Source: an uncultured Candidatus Saccharibacteria bacterium (lineage in GTDB: Bacteria; Patescibacteriota; Minisyncoccia; Phycocordibacterales; UBA918). Taken from it: a DNA stretch of 64,000 nt. Within the stretch, counting starts at the first letter, position 1; each line of letters begins with the position of its first letter. Positions 1-10,188 of the stretch are shown piece by piece. The notes below the pieces were generated by a model. That model was not told where the DNA came from and did not search any database. It worked only from the letters and a program-made list of their open reading frames with translations. The position numbers and the translations under genes are program-made. Where the stretch lies: the NCBI GenBank assembly GCA_964350985.1, contig CAYGLK010000002.1:165406-229405 (forward strand). Reading direction: 5' to 3'.

Positions 1-319
1 CTCTTACTTTCTTATTGATCTTTACTGAGTAATCTTTTGTACTGATTGGCCCATGAGCCACACCTCCTCCAACCCAGATTGGTGAACGAGTAGAACCGTG
101 TCGAGCGCGTCCTGTTCCTTTTTGCTTCCAAGGCTTTTTACCACCTCCTCGCACTTCACCTCGACCCTTAGTATGAGCAGTCGTTTCGCGAGCGTTAGCT
201 TGCATTCCGACAACTACTTCGTACACCAAGTCAGCATTCCAATTGAGACCAAAGACGGTCTCTGGAAGTGAGATTTTTCCTACTTCCTTTCCCTCGTGGG
301 AATAGATTTTTGAATCCAT
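1..319 (-). CDS. rplD: 50S ribosomal protein L4 (5' part, runs off the window)
   Basis: Manual translation from ATG at 319: [23 protein letters not shown]...[40 protein letters not shown]; follows rplC. Confidence 0.97.
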   Translation of the reverse strand, partial: MDSKIYSHEGKEVGKISLPETVFGLNWNADLVYEVVVGMQANARETTAHTKGRGEVRGGGKKPWKQKGTGRARHGSTRSPIWVGGGVAHGPISTKDYSVKINKKVR

Positions 320-333
320 ATATTTATGCTTAC

Positions 334-954
334 TTAGATGCCACGCACCTCTACTAATGTTCCTTTTCGACCTGGTATAGCTCCGGCGATCAATAATACA
401 TTTTCAGCTGCATTAACTTGAAGTACTTCCAAGTTGATTACAGTAATCTTGTCTGAACCCATTCGTCCGGCCATTCGAGTTCCTTTGATAACTCGCTTGA
501 ATCCAGTTGAACCAATTGATCCTGGTTCACGTTCTGAGTGCTTTTGTCCGTGACTTCGACGACCTCCGGCAAAACCGTGTCGCTTAACCACTCCTTGAAA
601 TCCTTTTCCTTTTGAAATTGCAGAAACCGCAATCACGTCTCCAGGACTGAATACAGAAGCGTCGAAAGCAGAATCTTTTACAAGTTCACTAATCGTTGCT
701 TCTTCTCCAACTTTTGGACGAAACTCTTTTACATAGCGAGCGCTAGTTCCAGAGTGACCTTTTTGAGCTTTTGCTACTCGGTGTTCTTTTTGCTCTCCAG
801 TTGCAACCTGTACGGCTACATAACCATCTTTCTCAATATTTTTTACTTGAGAAATTTTGGCTGGAGCTACTTTAAGAATAGTAGCGGCCTTACAAACACC
901 GTTTTCATCGAAAACTTGTGTCATTCCAGCCTTAGTTCCAATAATGAATTTCAT
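334..954 (-). CDS. rplC: 50S ribosomal protein L3
   Basis: [32 protein letters not shown] motifs. Confidence 0.98.
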   Translation of the reverse strand: MKFIIGTKAGMTQVFDENGVCKAATILKVAPAKISQVKNIEKDGYVAVQVATGEQKEHRVAKAQKGHSGTSARYVKEFRPKVGEEATISELVKDSAFDASVFSPGDVIAVSAISKGKGFQGVVKRHGFAGGRRSHGQKHSEREPGSIGSTGFKRVIKGTRMAGRMGSDKITVINLEVLQVNAAENVLLIAGAIPGRKGTLVEVRGI

Positions 955-976
955 TACGTATAACTAAACTAATAAT

Positions 977-1141
977 GTTCTAAGACCGCCACAACAAACC
1001 GCGCCTACAAAATGTAGGGACACAAGGTCCACACATAAATAAGCGCGGTTTGTGCCCATTGGTCCAAGTAAGTCGAAACTTAACTTGTACTTAGGTCTTT
1101 AGAAACTGTCGCTACTATAGCGTAATTGAGAGAAAAAGCAA
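977..1141 (-). promoter_or_regulatory. rplC promoter and structured 5' leader
   Basis: Minus-strand TTGCTT-16nt-TATAGT, then nested inverted repeats (977-987 with 1094-1104; ACAAACCGCGC with GCGCGGTTTGT). Confidence 0.6.
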
Positions 1142-1168
1142 GTATTTATGGACTTAATGATGCTAAAT

Positions 1169-1203
1169 AAAAAAGCCGCCAGCTTTCGCTGGCGGCTTTT
1201 TTA
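1169..1203 (-). terminator. intrinsic terminator after rpsJ
   Basis: AAAAGCCGCCAGC-TTTC-GCTGGCGGCTTTT hairpin with A/T tracts. Confidence 0.85.
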
Positions 1204-1220
1204 TGAATGGCGGATGAATA

Positions 1221-1589
1221 CTACATCATCTTTACATCAATGTTCACTCCCGAAGGAAGTGATAGGTTCGTTAGAGCTTCTACCACTTTTGGTCCTGGGT
1301 TAAGAATATCAACTACTCGTTTATGCATTCGCATCTCGAACTGTTCTCGCGCATCTTTATAAACGAAAGTTGAGCGATTCACGGTATATTTCTTAATCTC
1401 AGTTGGTAGCGGTATTGGTCCAACCACCTTCGCATCAAAACGAAGTGCAGTATCGATTATTTGTTTGATACTCGCGTCCAAAATCTTGTGCTCGTAAGCA
1501 CGAACGCGAATACGCAATTTATTAATCTCGGCTGAAACAGCTTTGGTTTCTTTTGTCTTTGATTCTTTTTTTGTAGTATCAGTGGCCAT
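1221..1589 (-). CDS. rpsJ: 30S ribosomal protein S10 with N-terminal extension
   Basis: LRIRVRAYEH, GPIPLPT, REQFEMRMHKR motifs. Confidence 0.98.
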   Translation of the reverse strand: MATDTTKKESKTKETKAVSAEINKLRIRVRAYEHKILDASIKQIIDTALRFDAKVVGPIPLPTEIKKYTVNRSTFVYKDAREQFEMRMHKRVVDILNPGPKVVEALTNLSLPSGVNIDVKMM

Positions 1590-1622
1590 AGTGTGTTTAG
1601 AGTTACCTTAGTTTAATAAAAT

Positions 1623-2816
1623 TTAGGCAACGATCTTTGTTACAACACCCGCACCAACTGTCTTACCACCTTCACGAATCGCGAAGTTTGTTTGTTCTTC
1701 CATAGCTACAGGAGCTACTAGTTTTACCTTGAACTTTGCAGTATCTCCAGGCATAACCATTTCTACTCCGTCCGCTAGAGTTACATCTCCAGTTACGTCT
1801 GTTGTTCGAACGTAGAACTGTGGCTTGTATCCAGTAAAGAATGGTGTGTGACGTCCTCCTTCATCCTTGCTTAGTACGTATACTTCAGCTTCAAATTCTG
1901 TATGAGGAGTTACTGAACCCTTCTTAGCAAGTACTTGTCCTCGGTGTACATCTTCTTTCTTTGTACCTCGTAGTAGAATACCAGCGTTGTCTCCAGCTTG
2001 AGCTTGGTCAAGTTGCTTGTTGAACATTTCCACTCCAGTAACTGTTGTTAGTGAAGTATCTTTGATACCAACGATTTCAACTTCCTCACCTACCTTAACA
2101 ATACCTCGTTCTACACGACCAGTTACTACTGTACCTCGACCTTCAATTGAGAAGATGTCTTCGATAGGCATCAAGAAAGGCTTATCTAGGTCTCGAACTG
2201 GTGTTGGGAAGAATGAGTCCATCGCATCAGCAAGTTCAATAATCTTATTGCCCCATTCTGAAGAAGAATCTTCTAGAGCCTTAAGACCTGAACCCTTAAT
2301 AACTGGAGCGTTAGCGCCATCAAAACCATTCTTTGTTAGAAGTTCTCGTAGTTCTTCTTCTACTAGTTCGATCATTTCAGCGTCGTCTACCATGTCACAC
2401 TTGTTTAGGAAAACAATGATGTTAGGTACACCAACTTGCTTAGCAAGAAGAACGTGCTCACTTGTTTGTGGCATCGCTCCATCAGTAGCAGCAACTACAA
2501 GTACAGCACCGTCCATTTGTGCAGCACCAGTAATCATGTTCTTGATGTAGTCGGCGTGACCTGGCGCATCGATGTGTGCGTAGTGTCGGTTTGGAGTTTC
2601 GTACTCAGAGTGTGAGAGTGAAATAGTAATACCTCGAGCTTTTTCTTCTGGGGCCTTATCAATATCTTCAACGGCCTTGACGTTAGCTGAATAGCCATTG
2701 CCTCGAGCTTGAAGAGTAGTAAGGATTGCAGCCGTAAGCGTAGTCTTTCCGTGGTCAACGTGACCAATAGTTCCTACGTTAATGTGTGGCTTAGAACGAT
2801 CAAATGCACCTGCCAT
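1623..2816 (-). CDS. tuf: elongation factor Tu
   Basis: [46 protein letters not shown]. Confidence 0.99.
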   Translation of the reverse strand: MAGAFDRSKPHINVGTIGHVDHGKTTLTAAILTTLQARGNGYSANVKAVEDIDKAPEEKARGITISLSHSEYETPNRHYAHIDAPGHADYIKNMITGAAQMDGAVLVVAATDGAMPQTSEHVLLAKQVGVPNIIVFLNKCDMVDDAEMIELVEEELRELLTKNGFDGANAPVIKGSGLKALEDSSSEWGNKIIELADAMDSFFPTPVRDLDKPFLMPIEDIFSIEGRGTVVTGRVERGIVKVGEEVEIVGIKDTSLTTVTGVEMFNKQLDQAQAGDNAGILLRGTKKEDVHRGQVLAKKGSVTPHTEFEAEVYVLSKDEGGRHTPFFTGYKPQFYVRTTDVTGDVTLADGVEMVMPGDTAKFKVKLVAPVAMEEQTNFAIREGGKTVGAGVVTKIVA

Positions 2817-2846
2817 AATAATGATAGATTAATTTATAGTTTATAA

Positions 2847-3019
2847 ACCGCACACAGCTACTAAAAGCCGTGCCCGAGCGTACATTCTAGGCGGCGCGAG
2901 AACAATCGCGCTTAGAATGAACACGGAGGGCGTGTGAAAGAGCAATACTATGTTCGCTCCACAAAACAGCAGGGCTGTATGCGGTATCGGCAATAGTACC
3001 AGAGTGAGATAGTTTTGCA
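2847..3019 (-). promoter_or_regulatory. tuf promoter and long structured leader
   Basis: Minus-strand TTGCAA...TACTAT promoter; closing stem 2847-2858 with 2974-2985 and inner hairpins. Confidence 0.55.
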
Positions 3020-3077
3020 AGCAAAAAGCCGCCGCACCCTAGGGTGCGGCGGCTTTTTGACTTAATTGACCAATTTA

Positions 3078-3101
3078 CTACGCTTCTTCTACAACATCCT
3101 T
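3078..3101 (-). repeat. second copy of the last 8 codons of fusA (KDVVEEA-stop)
   Basis: AAG GAT GTT GTA GAA GAA GCG TAG versus fusA AAA GAT GTT GTA GAG GAA GCA TAA. Confidence 0.85.
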
Positions 3102-3303
3102 CAGGGTCCTTAAAATAATCACATACAATATGAATCTCAGAGAAAAACACAAATTTCGTTGACTCCTTACAGGAGCAGTACACCTTGTCGATATTTTAAG
3201 CTCTCGGGGAGCAAAAATATCTGACAAGGTCCGTAAAATATATAACGAAGAATAAAAATAAAAGCACCCCCTGGAGGGAGTGCTTTTATTTAGAATTTTT
3301 TCA

Positions 3304-5475
3304 TTATGCTTCCTCTACAACATCTTTAACGCCTCTTGCTTTCTTAATATCGTTAGCCACGTTTGGTGGTACGACATCATAGTGATGGAATTCCATCATC
3401 ATTGAAGCTCGTCCTTGTGTCATTGACCGGAGCATGTTGGTGTAACCAAACATTTCAGACAGCGGTACTTTTGCAGTAATCACCTTCTTGTCTCCAATAT
3501 CAGCCATTCCTTCTACTTGGCCACGCTTACTAGAAATATTTCCGTTAACGTCACCCATGAATTGTTCTGGTGTTCGAACTTCGATCTTCATTACTGGCTC
3601 AAGTAGAACAGCACCAGCCTTAGCCGCTGCTTCCTTGAAAGCATAGATAGCCGCTAGTTTGAAAGCAATTTCTGAAGAGTCCACGTCGTGGAATGACCCA
3701 TCGTAAAGCTCAACAGTAACATCCTCCATCTTAAACCCAGCCACGAATCCTCGAGACATTGCTTCTTTACAACCTTTCATTACAGCTGGGATGTATTCTC
3801 CAGGAATAACTCCTCCCTTAATACTGTTGATGAATTCGTAGTGATCTTCACGAGTCACGTTCTTAGGAATCTTCTCATCTGGCTCCAGTTCTTTCATTGG
3901 TCGGATACGGATCTTCACGTGACCATACTGTCCCCGTCCTCCAGACTGCTTAACATACTTATATTCTGCCTCCGCATCTCGTTGAATAGTTTCACGATAA
4001 GCTACTTGTGGTGCTCCCACGTTTGCCTCAACGTTAAATTCTCGCTTCATACGATCTACTAGAATTTCTAGGTGAAGTTCACCCATTCCAGCGATAATTG
4101 TTTCCATTGTTTCTTCATCGGTAGAAACTTTGAAAGTTGGATCTTCATCAGCTAGCTTTCGTAGTGCTACACCCATTCTTTCTTGGTCACCCTTTGTCTT
4201 TGGTTCTACTCGAAGTGCTACCACTGGTTCTGGGAACTTAATTTGTTCAAGTATAATTGGGTGCGCTTCGTCACAAAGTGTATGAGAAGTCTTCACTTCC
4301 TTAAGTCCTACTCCAGCAGCAATTTCTCCAGCGTATACTTCCTCGATTTCTGTTCGCTTATCAGCTTGCAGTCGAACAATACGTCCAAGACGTTCCTTTT
4401 CACCTGTAGTTGAGTTGTAGATATAACTACCAGACTTCACCACTCCAGAATATACTCGGAAGAAAGTAAGCTGTCCTACAAACGGGTCAGTTTGTAGTTT
4501 GAAAGCCAAAGCACAAAAAGGTTCACTATCGTCTGGTAGACGAGTAATATCGCTTTCGTCTTTAGGATTAATACCCTTAATTGGTGGTAGGTCTGTTGGA
4601 GCTGGTAGGTAATCAACCACAGCGTCGAGTACTAGCTGTACACCAATGTTCTTTAGCGCAGAACCAGTCATCACAGGGAAAATCTCGTTTGCAATAACAG
4701 CTTTACGTAATGTGATCTTCAAGTCTTCAGTAGTTGGTTCGTTACCAGCTAGGAAAGCCTCCATCAAAACATCATCGTGCTCTACTACTCGCTCTACTAG
4801 TTCAGCTCGATACATCTCAGCATCAGCCTTTAGTTCTTCAGGAATTTCAACTTCCTTAACTTCCATTCCCATAACTCCTTCAAAGACGAAGGCTTTCATC
4901 TTGATCAAGTCAACTACACCCTTTAGTTGATCTTCAGCTCCCCAAGGTAGTTGGATACGAACTGCTTTCTTAGATAGTCGGTCTTGGATACTCTTGTATG
5001 ACTTTTCAAAACTCGCTCCCAATCGGTCCATCTTGTTGATGAAACAAATACGAGGTACACCAGCTTCGTCAGCGTAACCCCAGTTAGTTTCTGATTGTGG
5101 TTCTACTCCTGCTACAGAGTCAAACACTACTACAGCGCCGTCGAGCACACGCATTGATCGCTTTACTTCAGCAGTAAAGTCGATGTGTCCTGGAGTATCA
5201 ATAATATTAAAGTTGTACATCTTTGTCCGATCTTTTCGATCTTCCACTTCTGTTTTAGACCAGTTACAAGAAATAGCCGCTGCGGTAATAGTAATACCAC
5301 GCTCTCGTTCTTGCTCCATCCAGTCAGTGACGGTAGCACCATCGTGCACCTCACCAATCTTGTGACTCATCCCTGTATAGAAAAGTACGCGTTCTGAAGT
5401 GGTAGTCTTACCAGCATCAACGTGCGCCACAATTCCAAAGTTTCGCATTCTATCTACTCCAAATTCTCGTGCCAT
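3304..5475 (-). CDS. fusA: elongation factor G
   Basis: AHVDAGKTT, ERERGITI, DTPGHIDF, NKMD, GMGELHLE. Confidence 0.99.
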   Translation of the reverse strand: MAREFGVDRMRNFGIVAHVDAGKTTTSERVLFYTGMSHKIGEVHDGATVTDWMEQERERGITITAAAISCNWSKTEVEDRKDRTKMYNFNIIDTPGHIDFTAEVKRSMRVLDGAVVVFDSVAGVEPQSETNWGYADEAGVPRICFINKMDRLGASFEKSYKSIQDRLSKKAVRIQLPWGAEDQLKGVVDLIKMKAFVFEGVMGMEVKEVEIPEELKADAEMYRAELVERVVEHDDVLMEAFLAGNEPTTEDLKITLRKAVIANEIFPVMTGSALKNIGVQLVLDAVVDYLPAPTDLPPIKGINPKDESDITRLPDDSEPFCALAFKLQTDPFVGQLTFFRVYSGVVKSGSYIYNSTTGEKERLGRIVRLQADKRTEIEEVYAGEIAAGVGLKEVKTSHTLCDEAHPIILEQIKFPEPVVALRVEPKTKGDQERMGVALRKLADEDPTFKVSTDEETMETIIAGMGELHLEILVDRMKREFNVEANVGAPQVAYRETIQRDAEAEYKYVKQSGGRGQYGHVKIRIRPMKELEPDEKIPKNVTREDHYEFINSIKGGVIPGEYIPAVMKGCKEAMSRGFVAGFKMEDVTVELYDGSFHDVDSSEIAFKLAAIYAFKEAAAKAGAVLLEPVMKIEVRTPEQFMGDVNGNISSKRGQVEGMADIGDKKVITAKVPLSEMFGYTNMLRSMTQGRASMMMEFHHYDVVPPNVANDIKKARGVKDVVEEA

Positions 5476-5738
5476 AATAATTTTACTAATTACTTCTTAT
5501 ACCTATATATGTATTGATAATTGATACTCCCTTTCAGCCCGACGACTTACTTGAAAGTAAGCTTGGAGAAAAGAAAAAGCCTAAACAGGCTTAACGCCGA
5601 TACTATACGGTATTTGAGCCCAATCGGCAACCGTTTAAAGCTACAAAATATAAAAAATGGATTAGGTTAGGTAAAACATGAATTATTCCCGAATGTAAAG
5701 ATTACTTTACATTTCATAATCTGCTAGAATATCCTTAT

Positions 5739-7820
5739 ATGCAAAATAATACTTTTGACGCAGTAGTGCTGGGAGCTGGGTCAGGCGGACTAACTACAGC
5801 TGTGGGCTTGAGTAAAGTCGGTCAAAAAGTACTTCTGGTTGAGCGTGAACATATGGGTGGCGAATGTACCAATACTGGTTGTGTTCCTAGTAAGGCCCTA
5901 CTCCATCATGCTAAGGGTTATTTTCATGCTACCAAGATTGCCGGTATGACTCCGAAGACCGAGACCTATCGCCAAGAAGCCTTTACCTACGTGCGAAACA
6001 AGATTGAAGAAATTTTAGCAGAAGAAACACCGGAACACTTTCAGAAACAAGGTATCACCGTCGTAATGGGGGAAGCCGAATTTACCGGCCCAGAGAGTAT
6101 TAAGGTTGGCACTGAAGAATACACCTTCAAAAAAGCAGTGATCGCTACTGGTTCTTCCCCGCGTCCACTTGATATCCCTGGACTGGAAGAAAAAATGATC
6201 CTAACCAACCAAAATATTTTTGATCTGACCAAGATTCCCGCTCGCACCCTGATTATTGGCGGCGGTCCAATCGGAATGGAAATGGGACAAGCTCTAGCTA
6301 TGCTTGGAAGCCAAGTAACTATTATTGAAAATGGTCCCCGTTTTGCGAAACTAGAGGATGAGGCTATTAGTCCAATCATTAACAGGAAGTTCGAACAGCT
6401 TGGCATCAAAATATATACCAATGCCAACGTGACCAAGATTGAAAATTACTTGGCTGAAGTCAAAGTAAAAGACGGAGATGGTGCTGAAGTCATGATGCCG
6501 AAGATTGCCTTCGATAAAGTCTTAATTGCGATTGGTCGAGTACCCAATCTTCCAAATGGTTTAGCCCTAGCTCAAATCAAGTGTGAAACTTACGGAATAA
6601 CCGTTAATAAAAACTGGCAGACCGCCAACAAAAACATTTATGCTTTGGGTGATGTCTCGGCCCGGATGAAATTTACCCACGTAGCAGACGACACCGCCAG
6701 ACAAGTTGTTGGCCGCATAGCTAGTAAGGGTTTCTTCAGTGTGAAGACAAAAGAAATTCCCAAAGTGACTTATACCGAACCTGAAATTGCTCAGGTAGGA
6801 CTTTCATACAAAGAAGCTTTGGAAGAATATGGCATTGGAAGAATAATGCGGATTGAAGTCCCATACAGTGAAAACGATCGAGCTAAGACTGATGCTGCTA
6901 CCGAAGGACTCTTAGTCATTACCGCCAAAAGACTTTCCGGAAAAATTTTAGGAGCAAATATTATCGGTGAAAATGCTGGAGACTTAATCGGGACTATTAC
7001 AGTGACAATGCAGCACAATATTTCTCTATACAAACTTCGCTCAACTATCTTTGCCTACCCAACTCTTTCCCTTCTCATCCGGAAAGCAGGTGACAAATTC
7101 TTTGGCCAGCAAATTGCTGACCTGAAGACCGACATCAAAAATCTGCTGAAACGTAATATCCCAAAATTAGTAGCGGTATTCTTCTGGCTATCGCTTATCA
7201 TTGGTTTCAATTATTACCGAGTATCGAATGATCTTTCCTACCAGGATATTTTGATGGAAATGTTAACCTTCTTCACCAGCACGGCTTATGGGCCACTGAT
7301 CTACATGGTTTTATATGCTTTGCGTCCACTCATACTTTTCCCAGCCACGATCCTGACCGCCCTTTCCGGAGCCTTGTTTGGCTTTTGGTGGGGAGTTCTC
7401 TATACCCTTATTGGTGAAAATCTTTCAGCCAACTTCGCCTACTGGATTGGCCGCTACTTCGGTAATGATTTCAAACTAGAAAAAACAGCCATTGGAAAAT
7501 GGGTTGAAGCGCTTCGTAAAAAGCCATTTGAATCTGTCTTATTTATGCGACTCTTCTATGTACCGTTTGATCTAACCAACTACGGCTCTGGAATCCTGAA
7601 GATAAAATGGTCTTCATACTTTACCGCTACCTTGATTGGTATTGTTCCTGGCCTGACTACCTTCGTAGCTCTGGGTGCTGCCGTTGATCTAGACAAGTTC
7701 CGCACAGACGGTATTACTTTTGACGCCTTCAACCCAGCTTTCTTAGCTTTGTCAGTAGGAATCTTTGTAGTTTCAATTATGATTTCTAACTATCTTAAGA
7801 AGAAGAAAGAAGTGAAGTAA
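5739..7820 (+). CDS. pyridine nucleotide-disulfide oxidoreductase (MerA/Lpd-like) fused to a C-terminal TVP38/DedA (VTT) membrane domain
   Basis: GAGSGG FAD motif, GGECTNTGCVPSK redox disulfide, GGGPIGME; hydrophobic C-terminus with SGALFG and RLFYVPFDLTNY. Confidence 0.85.
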   Translation: MQNNTFDAVVLGAGSGGLTTAVGLSKVGQKVLLVEREHMGGECTNTGCVPSKALLHHAKGYFHATKIAGMTPKTETYRQEAFTYVRNKIEEILAEETPEHFQKQGITVVMGEAEFTGPESIKVGTEEYTFKKAVIATGSSPRPLDIPGLEEKMILTNQNIFDLTKIPARTLIIGGGPIGMEMGQALAMLGSQVTIIENGPRFAKLEDEAISPIINRKFEQLGIKIYTNANVTKIENYLAEVKVKDGDGAEVMMPKIAFDKVLIAIGRVPNLPNGLALAQIKCETYGITVNKNWQTANKNIYALGDVSARMKFTHVADDTARQVVGRIASKGFFSVKTKEIPKVTYTEPEIAQVGLSYKEALEEYGIGRIMRIEVPYSENDRAKTDAATEGLLVITAKRLSGKILGANIIGENAGDLIGTITVTMQHNISLYKLRSTIFAYPTLSLLIRKAGDKFFGQQIADLKTDIKNLLKRNIPKLVAVFFWLSLIIGFNYYRVSNDLSYQDILMEMLTFFTSTAYGPLIYMVLYALRPLILFPATILTALSGALFGFWWGVLYTLIGENLSANFAYWIGRYFGNDFKLEKTAIGKWVEALRKKPFESVLFMRLFYVPFDLTNYGSGILKIKWSSYFTATLIGIVPGLTTFVALGAAVDLDKFRTDGITFDAFNPAFLALSVGIFVVSIMISNYLKKKKEVK

Positions 7821-7926
7821 TGAGCTTAAAGAAAAAGAGTGGCCAGCAAGGCTGGCCACTCTTTTTCTTGTAGAATAGTATTTTGTACAAATTGCACAAA
7901 ATACTGGTTTAGAGTATAATTTCACT

Positions 7927-8169
7927 ATGAAAATAATTTCCACCAGCAAAGCACGAAATCTATTGCCAAAGTTTATCGCTTCCCTCAAGGAAAGTGACAA
8001 GGCTTTTGTGATTGGTCGTCGCAATACCCCTGAAGCGGTGATTATTAAATTTCCAAGCCATTTTCGAAATAATGTCTCTGATATTACCAATATCAATGCC
8101 TACTCCTCTAGTTTTGACTTCTTAGCAGATGAACCAGATCTGTATAGCGCCGCTGACGTAAAAAGTTAA
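7927..8169 (+). CDS. putative antitoxin (Phd/YefM-like)
   Basis: MKIISTSKARNLL...VIGRRNTPEAVI pattern; acidic tail; ends 3 nt before a PemK-like toxin. Confidence 0.7.
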   Translation: MKIISTSKARNLLPKFIASLKESDKAFVIGRRNTPEAVIIKFPSHFRNNVSDITNINAYSSSFDFLADEPDLYSAADVKS

Positions 8170-8172
8170 ACA

Positions 8173-8508
8173 ATGAAAAGAAAAGTATTACATTGTAATA
8201 AAGGTGACATCTTACTCATTCCCTTTCCTTTTACTGACCTGTCTAGTAGTAAGCTTCGTCCAGGGGTTGTTCTAGCTCAAGATAAAAACGATATGACCCT
8301 AATCTTTATTACGAGCCAAAAACCAAAAGGAGAAAAGTTTTTGGAACTAAATCCAACCAAAGAAAATGGCATCAAAGTAAAGTCATATATTCGCTACACC
8401 AAAGTTGCCACTCTTGATTTAGCTATGTCACTTGGTCAAATTGGTAAATTAGACAGAGAAACACACAGCAAAATTGTTTCTAGCTTTAACGACTTTATTG
8501 CGATTTAA
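8173..8508 (+). CDS. PemK/MazF family toxin
   Basis: KGDILLIPFPFTDLSSSKLRPGVVL, NGIKVKS signature. Confidence 0.88.
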   Translation: MKRKVLHCNKGDILLIPFPFTDLSSSKLRPGVVLAQDKNDMTLIFITSQKPKGEKFLELNPTKENGIKVKSYIRYTKVATLDLAMSLGQIGKLDRETHSKIVSSFNDFIAI

Positions 8509-8551
8509 TTTTAATTAAAAACAGGGCGGCCTACGGCTGCCCTGTTTTTGT

Positions 8552-9718
8552 TTACCCCACCAACTCAAAGTTTTCTTTGACCAAAATCTTTCCATTCACT
8601 TGGATCTCAAGCCTATGTTCTCCGGTATAAAGTGTTCGAGTACTCATCAGTCGAAGCGGGTGTTGTTTACTGAACATTATTTCTCCGTCTGGAACTAAGG
8701 TTTTATTCCCAAGATCAAATACTTTGGCCGCCAATTTCCCGTTTGCCTTTTTAAAATAAATTAGATAGCTAAGTTTTAAATTTTGTTTCTTCTTACTTAG
8801 CGACTTGAGCCCAAAACAAAAGTCTAGTTTCTCACCAATTTTTACCTGGGGTGTTAGAAGCTTAAATTGCTTCACTCCTACCTCAACTTCTCCAAACCCC
8901 AGCAATTTTAGCGCCTTCAAATTTCCCTGCTTAACCAAAGTCCGTAGCGAGTGTTTGATTATAAAATCAACTTCATCTTGATTTTGTTTTTTATCTTTTT
9001 TCCACTTGGTTAAAGTTTTTAACACTAAGTCTGGATAGATCTTGGACAGATCGTTTAGATGATTGGCGACTGAACGAGTAACATAGCGGCTTTTATCAGC
9101 ATGCAAAGTATCTAGAATTGGAAAGAGTAATTTTGGATCAATATTTATTTTTTTAGCCCAGGGAAGATTTGGTCTGGTTCCCTCGCTTGCTAGTCGGCGC
9201 ACGTGATAATTTTTGGACTTAGACCAGACAGCTACTGTAGCTAAAGTTTCTTTAGGAAAATTATTTAGAAAATCCCGCAAGGCACCTTCACAAGAAAATC
9301 TTTTAGTGATTTCTTCAAGTGCGTTTAAAGATACTTTCAAATGTTTTGCAGCACAACCATACTCGGCCACAAAATATGAATACGGCGCATAAATAAAATC
9401 ACCAAAGTCAGCGTCAGTTTTTGTAGGATCAAGTGGTGCTGGTAAAGCTAACAAAATAACCTCAACGGCCTCTTTATAGTCAGTCGGTAAATATTCACGC
9501 AGGCGATCCCTGATACCCATTATTCTCTGCATCAACTCTTGTTCGGGAAAATCTTTCAAAACCGCTTTTACAAAATCTTTTTCTTTGAACACTGGGTAAG
9601 CCTTCTTTATTTCTCTGGCTAACTTTTCTACTTTAACTTTATTAAAAAGCATGTCTTTTAGTAAGAAGATCTTTTCGGTTTGTCGGTGTTTAGTCATATT
9701 TGTATTTTCGCCTTTCAC
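8552..9718 (-). CDS. DNA alkylation repair (AlkC/AlkD-like HEAT-repeat) protein; alternative start 9697
   Basis: HVRRLASEGTRPNLPW, YVTRSVANHLNDLSK motifs. Confidence 0.85.
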   Translation of the reverse strand: MKGENTNMTKHRQTEKIFLLKDMLFNKVKVEKLAREIKKAYPVFKEKDFVKAVLKDFPEQELMQRIMGIRDRLREYLPTDYKEAVEVILLALPAPLDPTKTDADFGDFIYAPYSYFVAEYGCAAKHLKVSLNALEEITKRFSCEGALRDFLNNFPKETLATVAVWSKSKNYHVRRLASEGTRPNLPWAKKINIDPKLLFPILDTLHADKSRYVTRSVANHLNDLSKIYPDLVLKTLTKWKKDKKQNQDEVDFIIKHSLRTLVKQGNLKALKLLGFGEVEVGVKQFKLLTPQVKIGEKLDFCFGLKSLSKKKQNLKLSYLIYFKKANGKLAAKVFDLGNKTLVPDGEIMFSKQHPLRLMSTRTLYTGEHRLEIQVNGKILVKENFELVG

Positions 9719-9760
9719 AGAGAAATAGCAAGCCTAAAGTTATATTGATATAATGTCAGC

Positions 9761-10111
9761 ATGAATAAATATCACGGAAGTTGTCACTGCGGAAAAGTAG
9801 CCTACGATGTCGAAGCTGATTTTACAGAAGCAATGCGTTGTAACTGTAGTCATTGTAAACGTAAGGGGTTTTTATTAGCCTTTGTGCCTCTAGATAAATT
9901 TAATCTTGTTTCAGGTGAAGAAAATTTAACTACCTACCATTTCAATAAACACCATATTGATCATACTTTTTGTAAGACCTGTGGCACAGAGTCTTTCGCT
10001 AAGGGTCACGATGGGAATGGAAACCACATGGTGATGATCAACCTCAACTGTATTGAGGACTTTGATATCACCAATCTCAAAATCGGCGAGTACGACGGCG
10101 CTAGTGCTTAA
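9761..10111 (+). CDS. GFA/CENP-V family Zn-binding protein
   Basis: GSCHCG...CNCSHC...FCKTCG. Confidence 0.9.
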   Translation: MNKYHGSCHCGKVAYDVEADFTEAMRCNCSHCKRKGFLLAFVPLDKFNLVSGEENLTTYHFNKHHIDHTFCKTCGTESFAKGHDGNGNHMVMINLNCIEDFDITNLKIGEYDGASA

Positions 10112-10188
10112 GTTTAGATAAAAAGAAAAGGCGAGGAAGAGTTGCTGTCGCAACCCTTCCTCGCCCAGCGTCCTTCACAACGATCTCG

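Noticed and set aside
2017-5397. Antisense and overlapping ORFs in the track (e.g. 2017-2550, 4646-4930, 5183-5365 and similar elsewhere)
   Set aside because: They are shadows of well-supported genes and lack motifs or start signals.
5739-7820. Mercuric reductase merA
   Set aside because: Lacks the C-terminal Cys-Cys pair, the NmerA domain and any mer operon context.
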